Part shown: positions 46,501 through 59,800 of the stretch, piece by piece
Layout: the number at the start of each line of letters is the position of its first letter
Position numbering within the stretch: position 1 is the first letter of the stretch
Assembly: GCA_965202585.1 (NCBI GenBank)
Contig: OZ241833.1
Location: forward strand, 26,908,001 to 26,972,000
Direction of reading: 5' to 3'
Length of the DNA stretch: 64,000 bases
Source of the DNA: Thalia democratica
Lineage: Eukaryota
The notes under the pieces: model-generated
Database searches by the model: none
Seen by the model: only the letters and a program-made list of their open reading frames with translations
Told to the model about the DNA's origin: nothing
Made by a program: the position numbers and the translations under genes

Positions 46501-49500
46501 ATAACAGTTTTAATTCATATTGTTTGAAAATAGAAAGTATATTGGCAACTGTAGTTTAAATGTGTAAAAATACATGTTTAAAATGTTTGTTTAAATTTAT
46601 ATATAGACTATACAATTCTAGTTTTATAAACAAGTTTCTTATATTAAAAGTAGTCAACGTTTTGTATTGTTGGTTTTATTCTAAAAATCTACAAGATCAA
46701 GCTGCTGATCAAGCAGTGGTGCACTAAAAATGATTTGAAATTTCTTAAACATTTTTTTAACATATTGCAGTAGATAAGTTCTCAAAACATTTACTACTTA
46801 GTAAAATCTGTTTTACAGATTCACTGATTATTATAAGTCAAATTAATATTAAAAATGTAGAACAGCAAAAAAATTTGAATGCAACATATCATGTAGATAG
46901 TTAGGTATTAATATTATGATAATAAAAACTTCTGCAAACTACTAACATAATAACTTTAAAAAAGTTATACTTTGTTACATTATTTTAAATATTGCTAAAA
47001 TATATAAAAATTGAATTTAAATACACTAATTTAACGAAAAAAAAAAACTTTCAAACTCAAACACAGGTTCAAAATATTTCATATAGTTTTTAAACACTAG
47101 CTTTTTAGATTTTTAATTATCTAAATAATTTCAACTAAAGATACCTATAAAAGACCAAAGTACTATTATAATATGTTATATATACAAGGTATAACCATTA
47201 CAACTTTTTTAAAAACAATTGAGTCCAAAGCACAAAATAAATTTCTAAATTCTGCCTAAACTTGCTAGTCAACAACATTTGTGTTTTAACAAGTCTAAAA
47301 TATATTATTTCAAAACAAATTTTGCTTATATCACATTTAATATTTAGTACATGAACTAAGCCAAAGATAAAGAGTGGTAAGTAATGTCATCTCATAACCA
47401 TAGAAAATAAGCTAGAAATATAGTTTTTTTTTCGTTTTTTTTTTTCAAAAGTTTGCATAGTTTTTATAGTTTGCAACTATAAATTTACATTCCAAAAAAA
47501 TATGATATAAATTAATTTTTATTAAAACTATTAGAACATTCAATGAACTATTTGAGCCATAGGGGAGTGTGAAGGGGTCAGGTTTTTATTAACAACTTTG
47601 ATCTAAGTTTGTATAATTTTAAGTTTGTAAAACTGATCTTAGTTTTAACTTTTTTTAGAAAATAAAAACAATTTTGAGATTTGGTTGATCAATTTGAGTA
47701 TAATAGGTTGCTTATAAAGAAGAAGACTATAAATATAGTTTTTCACTTAGACCTATAATTTACTATTACTTTAATAATTAATTTCAATATATTACTTTTC
47801 CTTAATTTTTAAGCAATCTTTGCCTAATAAAACAAAAGTTAAAAATTAAAAATACATATATTTGAAATTCAATAAAACACTTATTTTTAATTTAATGAAA
47901 AAAAAAATTTAGACTTATTTTTAATCATACAAGGATCAGTTAAAAAAAAAATTTAGGTCATAAGCTATAAAAATTGATTGAAGATAGGTTTTAGTGATAA
48001 CTTTATTTGACATTTTAGTATGCCCTTTCTACATGATTTTACAGTACTCTTTGACTTTTACAGCCAAAGTCTCTTTAATTAAAATAGATCTATTTTCAGT
48101 AAACAACTACTTTTACCAGCATCAATAAAATATGTTTTACTCAAGCATCCTTCACTCTTTTTTACTTTTTTACATATTTTACATAATAATCTAACTACAC
48201 TTTTTTTATCACCTTAGGTATGTGGTAATTTCAAAATACTATGAAAAGATATGACTTAACAACTTATCTAATAAACTAATTTTATTATACTATGTTCATT
48301 ATAAATAGACTAAAACCCTTATCCTTTTTTTAAACTTTAAAACCAAAATGACAACTACATAGTTTAACTAACTAAAAAATAACAAAATATTTTAAAAATA
48401 CTTGTAGTTATAAGCATATTTGAAAATAATCATAAACTTTGACTTGAGTATAGAAGTAGAATTTGAGTTACTATAACAACATTTTACATTTCAATACTTA
48501 TTATGAAAAATATATATGATTTCAAGCAAAATACAATCAAATTTTTAATTAAAAGACAAAACAGCAAAACAAGTTCTGAACATAATTTAATTTGCAAAAT
48601 TATACCATAACTTAACATTAGACTAAAACTACACCACACCATTTTTTTAAGTATTTTCTAAAATTTAAATGTTTTGTTCAATTCTTTAGTAAAGATAACT
48701 TAACCATTTTTTATTTGTCTTCAAAAACCTCAATAATAAAAAACTTACATGGTTGTTGTGATTCATTATCTCCTTTTTACTTTAATTATTGTTTGATTTA
48801 ATATCCAAGTGAATTTCATTCATTATATTTTTAAAAATAGGGTATTCCCCAACGAGAGACATTCATATACTGTAAAAAATGAATTGTAAACTATTCATTT
48901 GACAAGTCTGGTTGTGACCAGTATGCCGCAAAATTTATTTGTTGCTTGTCCTGACCTGACACTTAACTCTTAGAACGAGGTTGAGGTGTCGCTTGTGGAA
49001 GGTTTTTCATTTCCAATTTTGACTTCCGTACAATATTTAAAAATTGATCGTTTTTTTTTATATATGATTTGCTTTTACACGTCTGAAAAAATTGACTTGG
49101 ACATTGTATTTATTAGATTCATAGAACTTTTTTATTCCCAAAAAATAAACCTTATAAGTTCTAAACTACAATATTTAAAAATCTTTTTACTCAGTTTGAA
49201 AAGTAAGAAGAAATAACAAAAGTTTGATTTGCAAAATCAATCTAAACTAGAACGCAACTCATGTGTGGTAAACTCCCTAAAAAGTAAAATAGTATTGTTG
49301 GAAACAATTTTTATGTCAAGTTAGCTTTGTGAATAATAATAAAATAATACTATTTGATTACAAAAATTACAAATAAATGCTGAAATGTTATCTACTTATA
49401 AATATTTTCCAGATGACCATAAGTTGTTTCTCAAGACAAATCTATTGACCATAGTTGTAAGAACTCATGTTTTTTCTTTAAGGTGGTTTGAAAAAAATAT

Positions 49501-50021
49501 ATCCTTTGGGTGTTTGCCAAATGGTTTGGCAATAGTTTTGTTTTATTTTTAATGCATTTTTAGTTAAAACAAAGTTAAAGATTTTGACCTGGTTTACTAA
49601 AGATTGTTAAAGTTGTACTTCATATAAAAAACTTTACCCTTGTTTCAAACAAGTTTTGTCATATTTATTTTGTTGTTATGTTTAATCTGTCAAGATTAGT
49701 TTTACAATTTTCAGTGTTTGTAGTATATTTTAAAATAATGTAAAACAAAAAAAAAATTCTTAACACTGTTTTATTACAGACAAAAGAAATCCTAAAAAGT
49801 TTTACAACTTATACATTTCTTAAAAAACTAAGTTGTTAATTAAAATAGATAAAGTATATGATTATGATTTAGTTAAGTTTTATATAAACTACATAAAAAC
49901 AAAATAGCAATGTTAAGTACTTTTTTACATGGTGGTGAAACACCTAACATATAGGTTAATCTACATATTAACTAACTCAATTAAACTACAATTTAAACTT
50001 TAAGAAATATTAGTTACTCAA

Positions 50022-50263
50022 ACATGGTTTCTAACTTTTTTTTTTCAAAAGACCCCCCCCCCCTTAAAGAAAATAAAAAAACTATGGCCCTCTCCAACAA
50101 GATTTCTCAGAAAAACTACTACTTAAAATACCTGAGACCTTTTTCTTTTTTTTTTACACTTTATCATCAACTCCAGAATATCTGGTGTAAGTTTCAAGTT
50201 ATGACCTTATGCCCCCCACCCCTTTTGCTTCTCTCTAAACTTGGCTCACGTTTGAAAACCCTG
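50022..50263. mobile_element. hAT/Charlie-like MITE
   Basis: Ends catggtttctaact / tttgaaaaccctg; interior matches 55128-55353 and, reverse-complemented, 62387-62644. Confidence 0.7.
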
Positions 50264-50319
50264 TATCAAAATACAGGTTATGTAATAAAGCATAACTAAG
50301 AGTATAAAGACTTAAACAT

Positions 50320-50765
50320 TTAGAGGCCTAGTGGCCCTCTGAGGAGCCATGAGCAGTAAAGGAGCCACAGGGGGCCATGAGGTCATAATTTGAAACTTTC
50401 ACTAGATATTCTGGACTTGATAATGAAGAGCAAAAACAAGGTTTTAGGCGTTTAAAAAGGTAGTTGTGAAACTTACACTAGATATTTTGGAGTTGATGAT
50501 GAAGAGCTAAAAAAAAGGTCTAAGGTGTTTTTAATTGTATTTTTGAAACTTATGCTAGATATTTTGGAGTTGATGATGTAGAGCAAAAAAAGTGTAGGTG
50601 TTTTTAATGGTAGTTTTGAAACTTACACTAGATATTCTGGAGCTGTTGATGAAGAGCAAAAAAAAGATCTTTTGGTAGTTTTTTGAGTAGTGTTGTTGAA
50701 GGAGGCCATGTATCTTTTAATTTCTTTAAAGGGGGCCACTTGAAAAAATTGTTGGGAAACTCTGA
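50320..50765. mobile_element. Same MITE family with an internal ~76-bp unit amplified four times
   Basis: Units gaaacttacactagatattttggagttgatgatgaagagc start at 50392, 50468, 50545, 50618; end ttgggaaactctg; flanks match 62387-62644, which has one unit. Confidence 0.75.
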
Positions 50766-51267
50766 TTTAGTATATCCAGCGTATATTAAGTAGCTGTTTT
50801 TTAATTGGATATATATAAAAAAGTCTTTTGTGCCAGAAAGTGTGCATAATAAATATTTTATAGTACACAAAAAACTTGTTTTTGAATAACATTCAGTAGG
50901 CTTAAAAATGATTCAAGCAGGACTAGACTTTTTTGGTGACTAAAAAATTAATATAAATGTCATACATAGTTTGGTAGAACTGGATTTTGTTTCTCAAAAC
51001 TGGTGTTGTTTATTTTCTGCTTTAAGTCTTTAAAAGCTATGTAGTTTTTAAAGCAACTAGTCTGTGCTATTTTTGCAGTTTTCAGTTATAAAGATACTCA
51101 AACTTTATTATAATTTTGTCAAAAAATGGTTTGCAAAGACTGCAATACTAAAATGCTAGATATTATTGTTTTTTATGTGTTATTTTTATAATTCTTACAA
51201 GTAGTCAAATGTTTATAAAAAGTAAAAAAAGTTTTTGAAAATTTTAAGTTATTATTATAAGAAAATG

Positions 51268-52557
51268 CAGGGTTGCCACTCGGTCAGGAAAAGTCAGGAA
51301 ATCAGGAAAAGTCAGGAAAAATTTAAAAAATTTACAAAAGTCAGGAAAAGTCAGGAAAAAATGGGGGGTTTTGAAAAAAAGTCAGGAAAATTCAGGAAAT
51401 TTGATAAAATTTAAAAAAAGTCAGATTTTGTTAGTTTAAATTTACAAAATTCCTTGTTTTCCAAAGCCTTCAAATGGTAAAATTTAATTAAAAGTCAGAA
51501 AAAAATTCCAAAATTTTCAAAAATATTTAATTTTATTTCCAATGTCTTCACCTGGTATAAATTAGTTAAATATCCTTAATAAAACTGCAAAAATTTTCTA
51601 TTAATATATTGAACAAGCAGATTTTGTGTGCTTTTTAGTATTGATGATCTGTAGCAAGGACACATCCATAGTGAAACTGTGATATATACACAAAAGTTTA
51701 TCTAGCATAATTTTAGAATCAAAGTGTTTTTTGTTCAAGTAAACAATAGAGTTCTTTATAACTAAGCAGTTAGTTAAGTTTTTTATGTAACAAGTTAATG
51801 TGTATACTTTACCTCTTTATAATTTTTTCAAAGTTGTTTAAATTTATAAAATAAGTTATAAGAGAGGTATATGCCAAAATTAAGTTTACTTATTGTTTGT
51901 ATTTTTTGTAGAGTAACTTAAGTTTTTAAAGTAAATAAGAGTATATTTATTTGTTACAAATTTTATACTAAATGATAAGAGGAAATATTTTATACAACAG
52001 TTTACTTTTTAATGTCTTTTTTTTACAGTTACTTAAGTATATTCTTATTTAATTGGGTTTCAATTTAAGGATTTTATATTAAATAGTTTGGGTAGTATTT
52101 TATTAAACTAAGTGAACAATCTATATAAATAAAACATGTTTAAAGTTATTACTTTTTATTATTAGATATTTTTAACTTCTAGGTTGTTTTACAACTTATA
52201 TGCTAAGTCTGACTAAAGTTTGTTTATTTAGATACATTTATGCTAGGAAATGCTAAAAAATTGTTTATAAGGTAATAATACAAGTATTTTGCTGATAGAG
52301 CTGTTTATTACAAACTTCAATCATACAAAGATGGTTTAAGTGATGTACTGGAAGTTTGATGATAGAATTCAGCAAAAAACTGTTGTTTTTAATCTGTATT
52401 AAAATTAGATTGAAAGCTTTATATAGTTTAAGTGTTAGATTATGTATTTCAGAATAAGTTTAATTTAAGAGTTTGATTTGGAAAAGTCAGGAAAATTTTA
52501 GTAAAAAGTCAGGAAAAAGTCAGGAAATTTTTCTCAGCTTGATCAGTGGCAACCATG
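51268..52557. mobile_element. Non-autonomous TIR element (cagggttgcca ends) with subterminal tcaggaaa(ag) repeats
   Basis: TIR cagggttgccac / gtggcaaccatg; aaaatg on both sides; related left end at ~59665-59775. Confidence 0.75.
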
Positions 52558-52910
52558 AAAATGTTTTATATCAGCTTTTATTTATTTATTAGTAAGTAGG
52601 CTTTAAAGTATTGCTTGCTACAGTTTCAAAAACAAATTGAACCTCAGAACAGAGTTTTCTGTAAATTAGTTTTAGTCTCTCATTCATGTTTGCTTTAGTC
52701 TTGATAAGCATAACACTTGGTTTGATTGACCAAAAAAGTTATTGGTCGCTTGATAGCCTATTGTTTAACAAAATCTATATTGTATAAAATTCTAAATATT
52801 GTGTTTATATTTAGCTCTTAGTTTTTATAAGTGTAAAAATAGCTTAAATTTTATTAGTAGTTTTAAAAAGTTTTGCTAAAACAGTTTGAAATGAATTTAT
52901 TCTTTCAAGA

Positions 52911-52963
52911 ATTTATTTTACAAACTTAGTTTTGGTCAAAGACCTCGTCAGTGCTGAAATAAG
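52911..52963 (-). ncRNA. Inverted copy of the hammerhead motif
   Basis: Minus strand atttcagca-CTGACGA-GGTC-ttt-GACC-AAAAC-taa-GTT-tgtaaaataaat. Confidence 0.7.
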
Positions 52964-54077
52964 TCTAAAAATATATGTAACAGTCATTAAAATAGCATTT
53001 AAACAATTAAATTAAGTTAAAAAACAAATTTTTACTCAAAATTTTACCAAAATAACTAACAAAACATTTAAAGAAGACCACAAATTAAACAAAATAATAA
53101 AGAGCAATAATTGTAAAATTTTATATAGCTGCATGAGCAATATTAAGAAATTAATTCAAAAACATAATCGAAAATACTTAAAAACAAAAAACGATGAAAA
53201 AAGCAAAACTCTGTGCAACTTTCAAACAAGCCAAATTTCCCCTTAAGAATAAATGCTTAGTTGAAAATGTAATATATAAAGCAACAATCAGATCAGAAAA
53301 CGAAACAAAAAACTATTTGGGCTCAACAGGTGGCACTTTCAAAAAAAAGATGGTACAACCATATTAATGACTTTAAAAACTATAAAGAGAAAGCGACAGA
53401 AATATTGAAGTATATATGGAAGCTTAAAAATAACATTATTGACTACAAAATAAGCTTAGAAATAATCCACCATATTGGCAAAGCCAAAAATCAACAAAGC
53501 ATTTGCAGTACTTGCATATTAGAAAAGGTCGCATCGCCAAAGCCAACAAAAGGGACAACCTAAATAAATAGCACGAGCTCTTTTGTTCCTCCCCTTTTTC
53601 CAAAAACCCCCCTTCAAAACTTAAGTTGCTTGTAATACAGGTTTTTTGCATGCTCTTAATAAATTTTTGTGTAGCTATTAATTTCTTGAAACTAAAAGTT
53701 TTTTTTTTAAATTATTCAAGCAAAATTTCAAATTTTTAAATTAAGTTTTCAATAGTTAAGTCACAATAAAAATTAGCTTGATTAAAATGCATTTAACTTG
53801 GTCTCACTTAATACTATTAACTACATTTTTATTTAAGCAATGTTTTAGTTAAGCAAAAATAACTAGAAGAAAATAGAAAGCTACATACAGCTTTTATTAT
53901 TGTTATTATTGTTGTTTTATTGATTTTAAAACTTAACTAAAATTTAAACTTCACCTTAAATTCTTAATATCTTACCTTAATATAAAAATTTACTTTGTTT
54001 AGTTATTAAAGTGAAAATTTTGAGTAAAAATTTGTTTTTAATTTAATTGTTTCCAGGACTATTACATATCATTTTAT

Positions 54078-54131
54078 ATTTATTTAAGCACTGATGAGGT
54101 CTTTGACCAAAACTTAGTTTGTTAAATAAAT
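54078..54131 (+). ncRNA. Type I hammerhead ribozyme motif, GAAA core read as AAAA
   Basis: Stem I atttatttaagca / tgttaaataaat (one bulge); CTGATGA; stem II GGTC-ttt-GACC; AAAAC-tta-GTT. Confidence 0.75.
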
Positions 54132-55127
54132 TCTTGAAAGAATAAATTCATAATTTTTCCTCCAGTAGTTGAGATCTTTGTTTGTTTTCTTAAAACCAAA
54201 ACATATAATAACAGTTTGAATATGTATAAAAACTTAGTTTTAATTGATCAATATTACAAATACATAACTTTACAGTGGGAAATATCGTAACAACACTTTG
54301 TGTACAATTTTATCTTATTTTTGAAATTTTTATGGAGATTCATCTTAAGTCTACTAAAAAACTTAAGATGACAAAAAACCAAAAGTTCCTGGTAATGTTT
54401 TAGGACAAGATATCATAAAAGTTCATAAATTTAAAAAATATTGAAGCAAGTCAATATCTAAGGAGTTATCATAGGTTAAAGGTCAGATGATAGTAATTTG
54501 TTAGCAATTTTGCTTTTTTATGTTATTTTCATAATTAACACAGTATAAACCCTGTTGACATTGTATTTATTTGAAAACTAATGGATTTTACATTAAAAAG
54601 TACGCTGCCCTGGTAAGTAGCAAATTTTGGTCTTTTGTTTCTTAACAGAAACTTTATTATGTTTTAAAACCTGTCAAAGACTGTACTTTTCGTCTGCTAA
54701 CCTATAATTGGCTGTGAGAGATAAATTAAAGTTTACAATTTAGTATAATAATTTAATTAGTTTTTTATTGTTAAGTACTTAATATTTTGTTTTTATTTAA
54801 AGTAAACTTCTTAATGATAAGTTTTTAAAGTTTTAATATTACTATTTACTAAGATTAAAAGGATTCAATTAAACAACATTAAATTTTTGTTAACTTTGAA
54901 AATAAAATAAAATTTTTAGCTAAATACAAAAAAGTATGTTGAATGAGTTACTGGAACTTTTTAATCATGAAACTTGATACTTGAAGAAATTTTTATAAAA
55001 ATTTTAATTTTTAAACAATTTTCTTTAAGTCCTTGAAAATCTTGCTTAACATTCTACATCTAATTCATGTTTATACAATAGTCTTAAAAATTAGTTTCTT
55101 ATCATTTTTTAGAAAATGCATCTAGAC

Positions 55128-55353
55128 CATGGTTTTCTAAACTTTATTTTCAAATTGCCCCCTTTAAATAGATTAAAAAAGCCATCGCCCCCTCGAACAA
55201 AACTACTCAAAAATCTACCATTTAAAACACTAAGACCTTTTTTTGTTTTTGATCTTCATCTGCAACTCAAGAATGTCTAGTGTAGGTTTCAAAATTTTAA
55301 AATTGCCCCCCTTACACCCCTTTACTTATTATTACCCACTTTGAGAAACCCTT
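55128..55353. mobile_element. hAT/Charlie-like MITE
   Basis: Ends catggttttctaaa / tttgagaaaccctt; 8-bp duplication atctagac / atctagat on a TCTAGA target. Confidence 0.8.
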
Positions 55354-55689
55354 ATCTAGATAGTTTTTATTTGTTAAAAAACAAACAGAAACTATAAATT
55401 ATAACTAGATATTTCAGACTTTCTATATATCAAGACTTTAACTAAGCCTCTAAAGCATTCTAATGACAAGGACTGGGTTGCAATGAAATAAAGCACATTT
55501 AAGATAGTTAATACAGTATTTTTCAAGTATGTAATTCAAAAATATTTAAAACAACCTTTTTATGTTAAGTTAAATTTACTACTAACAGCGTGAAAAAAAA
55601 AAACTTGTAATTAAAAGAAAGTGGATGAAACTACCAAAAAATCCTATTTTCATATCGGTAATACTTAAATACATAGCTTAGATTATATT

Positions 55690-56540
55690 GAAAACTTCTA
55701 TAGATTAAATTTTACTCTTTTTTATTTATGGTGACTTTTTGTATTTGTTAGCATAACCTAATTGTTTTTATTATACTTTTCCAAATATTGTTGGAAAAAA
55801 AATCATTAATATCAAACTTCATAAATCTTTGTTTAATTTTGTTGGCTGTTATATCATTCCAATGCTTTTTGGTGCTTTTCCATTGCTTGAAGTCATTTGT
55901 TTTCCAAATTGTTTTTTAAATGTTCTACTATTGTTTTGCTAATTTAACTCATCATGGTTTTTTGGATTTATTAGTCTATCATCTGGTTTGTGAAATTACT
56001 TTTGTGATCTTTTAATGTAACATAGTGTTGTTTTAATGTATGATTGTCAATTTGTTTTTTAATTACAATAATTTTAGCTTCTTTTTTATACTGTTAATAA
56101 CAATACATTGCTTTAATTGAAGGTTTTCTGACTAACTTTTTTATCAGTTTATGTATCAAAGGTTTTGTAATTTGTATAACTTTGTTGTTTTGTCTGCAGC
56201 TATGAGTATTTGTTTCTTTTTTTGACAATCTTAATATCTCCGTTGATTAAATTATAAATTTGTTGTTAATGTTTCTTAACTCAAAGTGTTTAACTTTTAA
56301 ACATATAATCTTCAAAATTTTAAGATTTTTTCTTGCTTTAAAAGAAGTTTAGCTTTAAATCTAAATGGCTTTATTTTCTAAAAACTTTCTTTGTGGTAAT
56401 GCAATGGAAAAGTACTGATCTGGTTCTTCTACAAAAGTTTCTTACTTTGTAGATTAATTTCAGTCGTGGGTTATTTTCATTGAATACTAAGAATACTTAA
56501 AATCGACTAGTCAAATTTAACTCTTAGAAATTGTGCCATA
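55690..56540 (-). mobile_element. Decayed Penelope-like reverse transcriptase N-terminal remnant
   Basis: ILIAADKTTKLYKL (~56215-56166) and RFMKFDINDF..PTI (~55830-55785); many stops. Confidence 0.65.
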
Positions 56541-56840
56541 TTTAGTATAGAGTTGACTCAATAGAATTTCTACGGCCTTGCTATTTAAGCTTTCTTTATT
56601 AAAATTATGGCTAATTATAATGGCAGAAGAACATCTTAGCTTTGTCAAAAATGGTCAAAAACCTTTCTATTAAGTCTTTAGCAGTTTTCTATAACTAAAA
56701 ATTCAAGTTACTCATAAGTAAAGAACTAAACATAAGAGCATTATGAAATTTTTAAAAAGTTACTTAAATTAAAATTTAAAATAAAAGTTATGTTTAACTA
56801 AGCCTTGCAACCTTTCAGCTTTGTATAACGAACCAAAACA

Positions 56841-59800
56841 ATGGAAGATTCAGACATGGACATGCTAGCAGAAGTGGTCTTTCCCGAAGACGTGCAGCAA
56901 GTGTTAGATGAGGTGTTTCCCTCGGACGACCCGCTGGAGCAGGCCAACTTCAACGTGGTCGACTACATCAACCAAATCTTTCCAACCGAGCAGTCCCTGT
57001 CCAACATTGACGAGGTGGTGTCCCAGGTCCAAACCAGGATCCAGGACCTGGACGGCGAGGTTAAAAAGGCGGTGAGGCAGCAGACCACCGCTGGCCAGGT
57101 TGGCTTTTGTTTTTTATATGTTAAATTAAACAAAGGTCATTAAGGTTTTTTACAAGAAGAAAATTTGCACTAGTATGACAGTTTAAGTTTAATATGTATG
57201 TCATATTTTATAGTTCATATAAATTTAAATTATTTTTGAGTTTTTTTTATATATGTAAAGTATTCCTGTTCAGATATATCAACCACAATTGTTTTTGGTA
57301 ACTTTTCTAATAAAGTTTTTTTTTTTTACTACAGAGTATTTTAATTATAATTGATGTTTTACTATTTATATTACAAGTTTTTTCGATTTCTACGTTTTCT
57401 GTTCTTTTATAATTATATAAAAGTTGTTGATAGTTTTTTTTTTGCATAAAGAAGTTTTATCTAAGTCATTTACAGTAGTAATACTTGTATAAATGATTTC
57501 TATTGGAAATTAATTATTATTTACAAAAAAAATTATGTCAAGTTAAGGCCACAGGAAGTAAATCACTTGTTTTATACATTATGAAGTAATCTATTAACAG
57601 TAAGCCTTAGGGTGCTGAACTACAAATAGAGCATGGAATTTTGTATAAACTAAGTGTTTGTAAATTTTTTCAAAAATTAAAATATAATGTAGCCCAAGAT
57701 TGAGGCAATTTTTTTCCAAACAAAATAAAAGTATATTAGAACAAAAGTTATCATACTTGAACTATTAGTTATCTAAAATTTTTTTGCTTTAAAGTTTTTA
57801 TAATAAAAAAATACATATATTTTAAACTAAAAAATAAACAACTTAAACTCATATTTAGATTGTTTTTGTGCTGTAGTAGCTATAAATTGAATTTATGTTC
57901 AATAGATGTAAATTATAAAGCTTCTATAACAACAAAGAACACATTATACTGAAAGTATTAATAAAAGTTAAAAATAAGTTATATAGGGTGTTTTCGAAAA
58001 CAAAGTAAGCTAATATTGTTTATTTAAGTTTTTTTTCTTTATTTGAGTATATTTTTCAAATGTTTTTTAAATACTACTAAATCTAAGGATTTGAAAACTT
58101 AAACTCTAATTGTGCAGAAAATAACAGGTTTCCTTAATAAAGTACAAATAGCTTCTAGTTTGATCAAATTGAAAACATTACTACAAGTTTTAATAATTTA
58201 AATATTTTTAGCTTATAACTGTTTGCACATGTTGAATTATTTACCAAATGTTCTGCAATGAATGCTGCTGATGTGCATTTAAAATCTTGACCGATATGTC
58301 ATCCTTCTTTTCTGAAAAGCAAAACCTCTCTACACTCTTTGGGACATGCCCCTTTATACTTTTTCTTAGATGTCTTGTTGTCAATTCAATATAGCTTGCT
58401 TCACAACAGCAGCAGAATTGGTAAATTACTTTTATTTAAGTTTGATATTGGATCTTTACCACCTGGTGTTGATAGTGATTTTGGCGTGAAGATAATCCTA
58501 GGGTTTGCTGCATAATAAGTATTTATTACTAATTGTTTAATTTAATTTTCTAACATTTCTGAGCTATTTCTAAACTTGATAAACAAAGCTTTGAATTTTT
58601 TTTTTAATTATTGAAAGTATAACTTTTATTTGATAGAAGTTCTTTTATGGTTATACTGTAAAGGTTTTTTATTTCTAAAGACATCAAAGATTGATTTAAG
58701 CGAAAGGCTTTCAAATTGCCTTTGCTAACTGGTATAACTTTTAATGTAGACAGACTTTTCTAGTTACAGGCCTACTGTGCTATAGTTATTTTTAACTCTT
58801 TTAAAAATTCTAAGTAGTTTGGGTATAAAAACGAACAAAGTAAGAAAGTTCAATAGGCTCTTTATGAGAGGCAAAACAGAGATCCCATTTACCTTGATTT
58901 CTGCAGCTTTACAAAAAAAAGATTTGATTCTCCTAGATAAAATTAGGAATTTCTAAAAAAGGACTTGATTTTTCTTTGATTTTACATTTTGTGTTTAACC
59001 ATTTTTTTTTTCTATCTTTGTAATTAAGTATAATAGTCTTAAAAATTGTTTGTATATAACTAATACAGTAGTTACAGTTCTAAACTTGAACATTTTTTAT
59101 GAAGTAGTGTATTTGTTACCTTTTTAGAGTTTTATATGGTACTAAGTTTCATTAAAATATCTCATCAGTTATAAATATTAAACGTTTTAAGATTTAAGAT
59201 TAATTTTTTTTACGTGATCAGTTTTATAGAATTTTTTTATTTTTTACAACATATAAGTGAAAAAATAGATGTTTATTTCTAAATGACTTATTTACATAAA
59301 ATAGTAATCAAATATAGTTTTTGAAGAGATTACAGTAAACTTAAAGTAAGTAACTAACTTGCTATTTATTTTCATTCTAATTGGTAGAAAGTTATAGTTA
59401 AAAGATATATATTAAGAAACTTATTTGATTTAAAAAATTATTTATTCATTATTTTTACTTTTACTTTATTAATTGGAACATAATAATAATTGTTGATATT
59501 TGTTAAATATTAGTATTATTTTTAGTTTCATATAGATAGTGCTTTGCTATTAGTTTTTATAGCCTGCCAACTATTACTATGTTGTTTGTATATTAAGTTA
59601 AAATATGTGACTAGACTAAAAAGAATAATAAACAAGCTAAGATGACAAACCGAAGGTGACAGTAACAGGGTTGCTACAAAATCAGGAAAAGTTAGGAAAA
59701 CCGAAAAAAAAAATATAAAAGTCAGGAAAAATGGGGATTTTTGAAAAAAAATCAGGAAAAGTCAGGAAATTTGATATAAACATGCTCTTAATAAGAAAAT

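Larger units (their letters stand above)
52890..54150 (+). mobile_element. 5'-truncated Penelope-like element: GIY-YIG endonuclease remnant between ~170-bp inverted arms
   Basis: NKCLVENVIYKATI...NYLGSTGGTFKKRWYNH...KYIWKLK (53250-53560); arms ~52890-53060 and ~53995-54150 each carry a hammerhead motif. Confidence 0.85.

Noticed and set aside
51280-51400. tcaggaaaag repeats as telomeric or satellite DNA
   Set aside because: They are subterminal repeats of a TIR element and recur at its other end and in a second copy.
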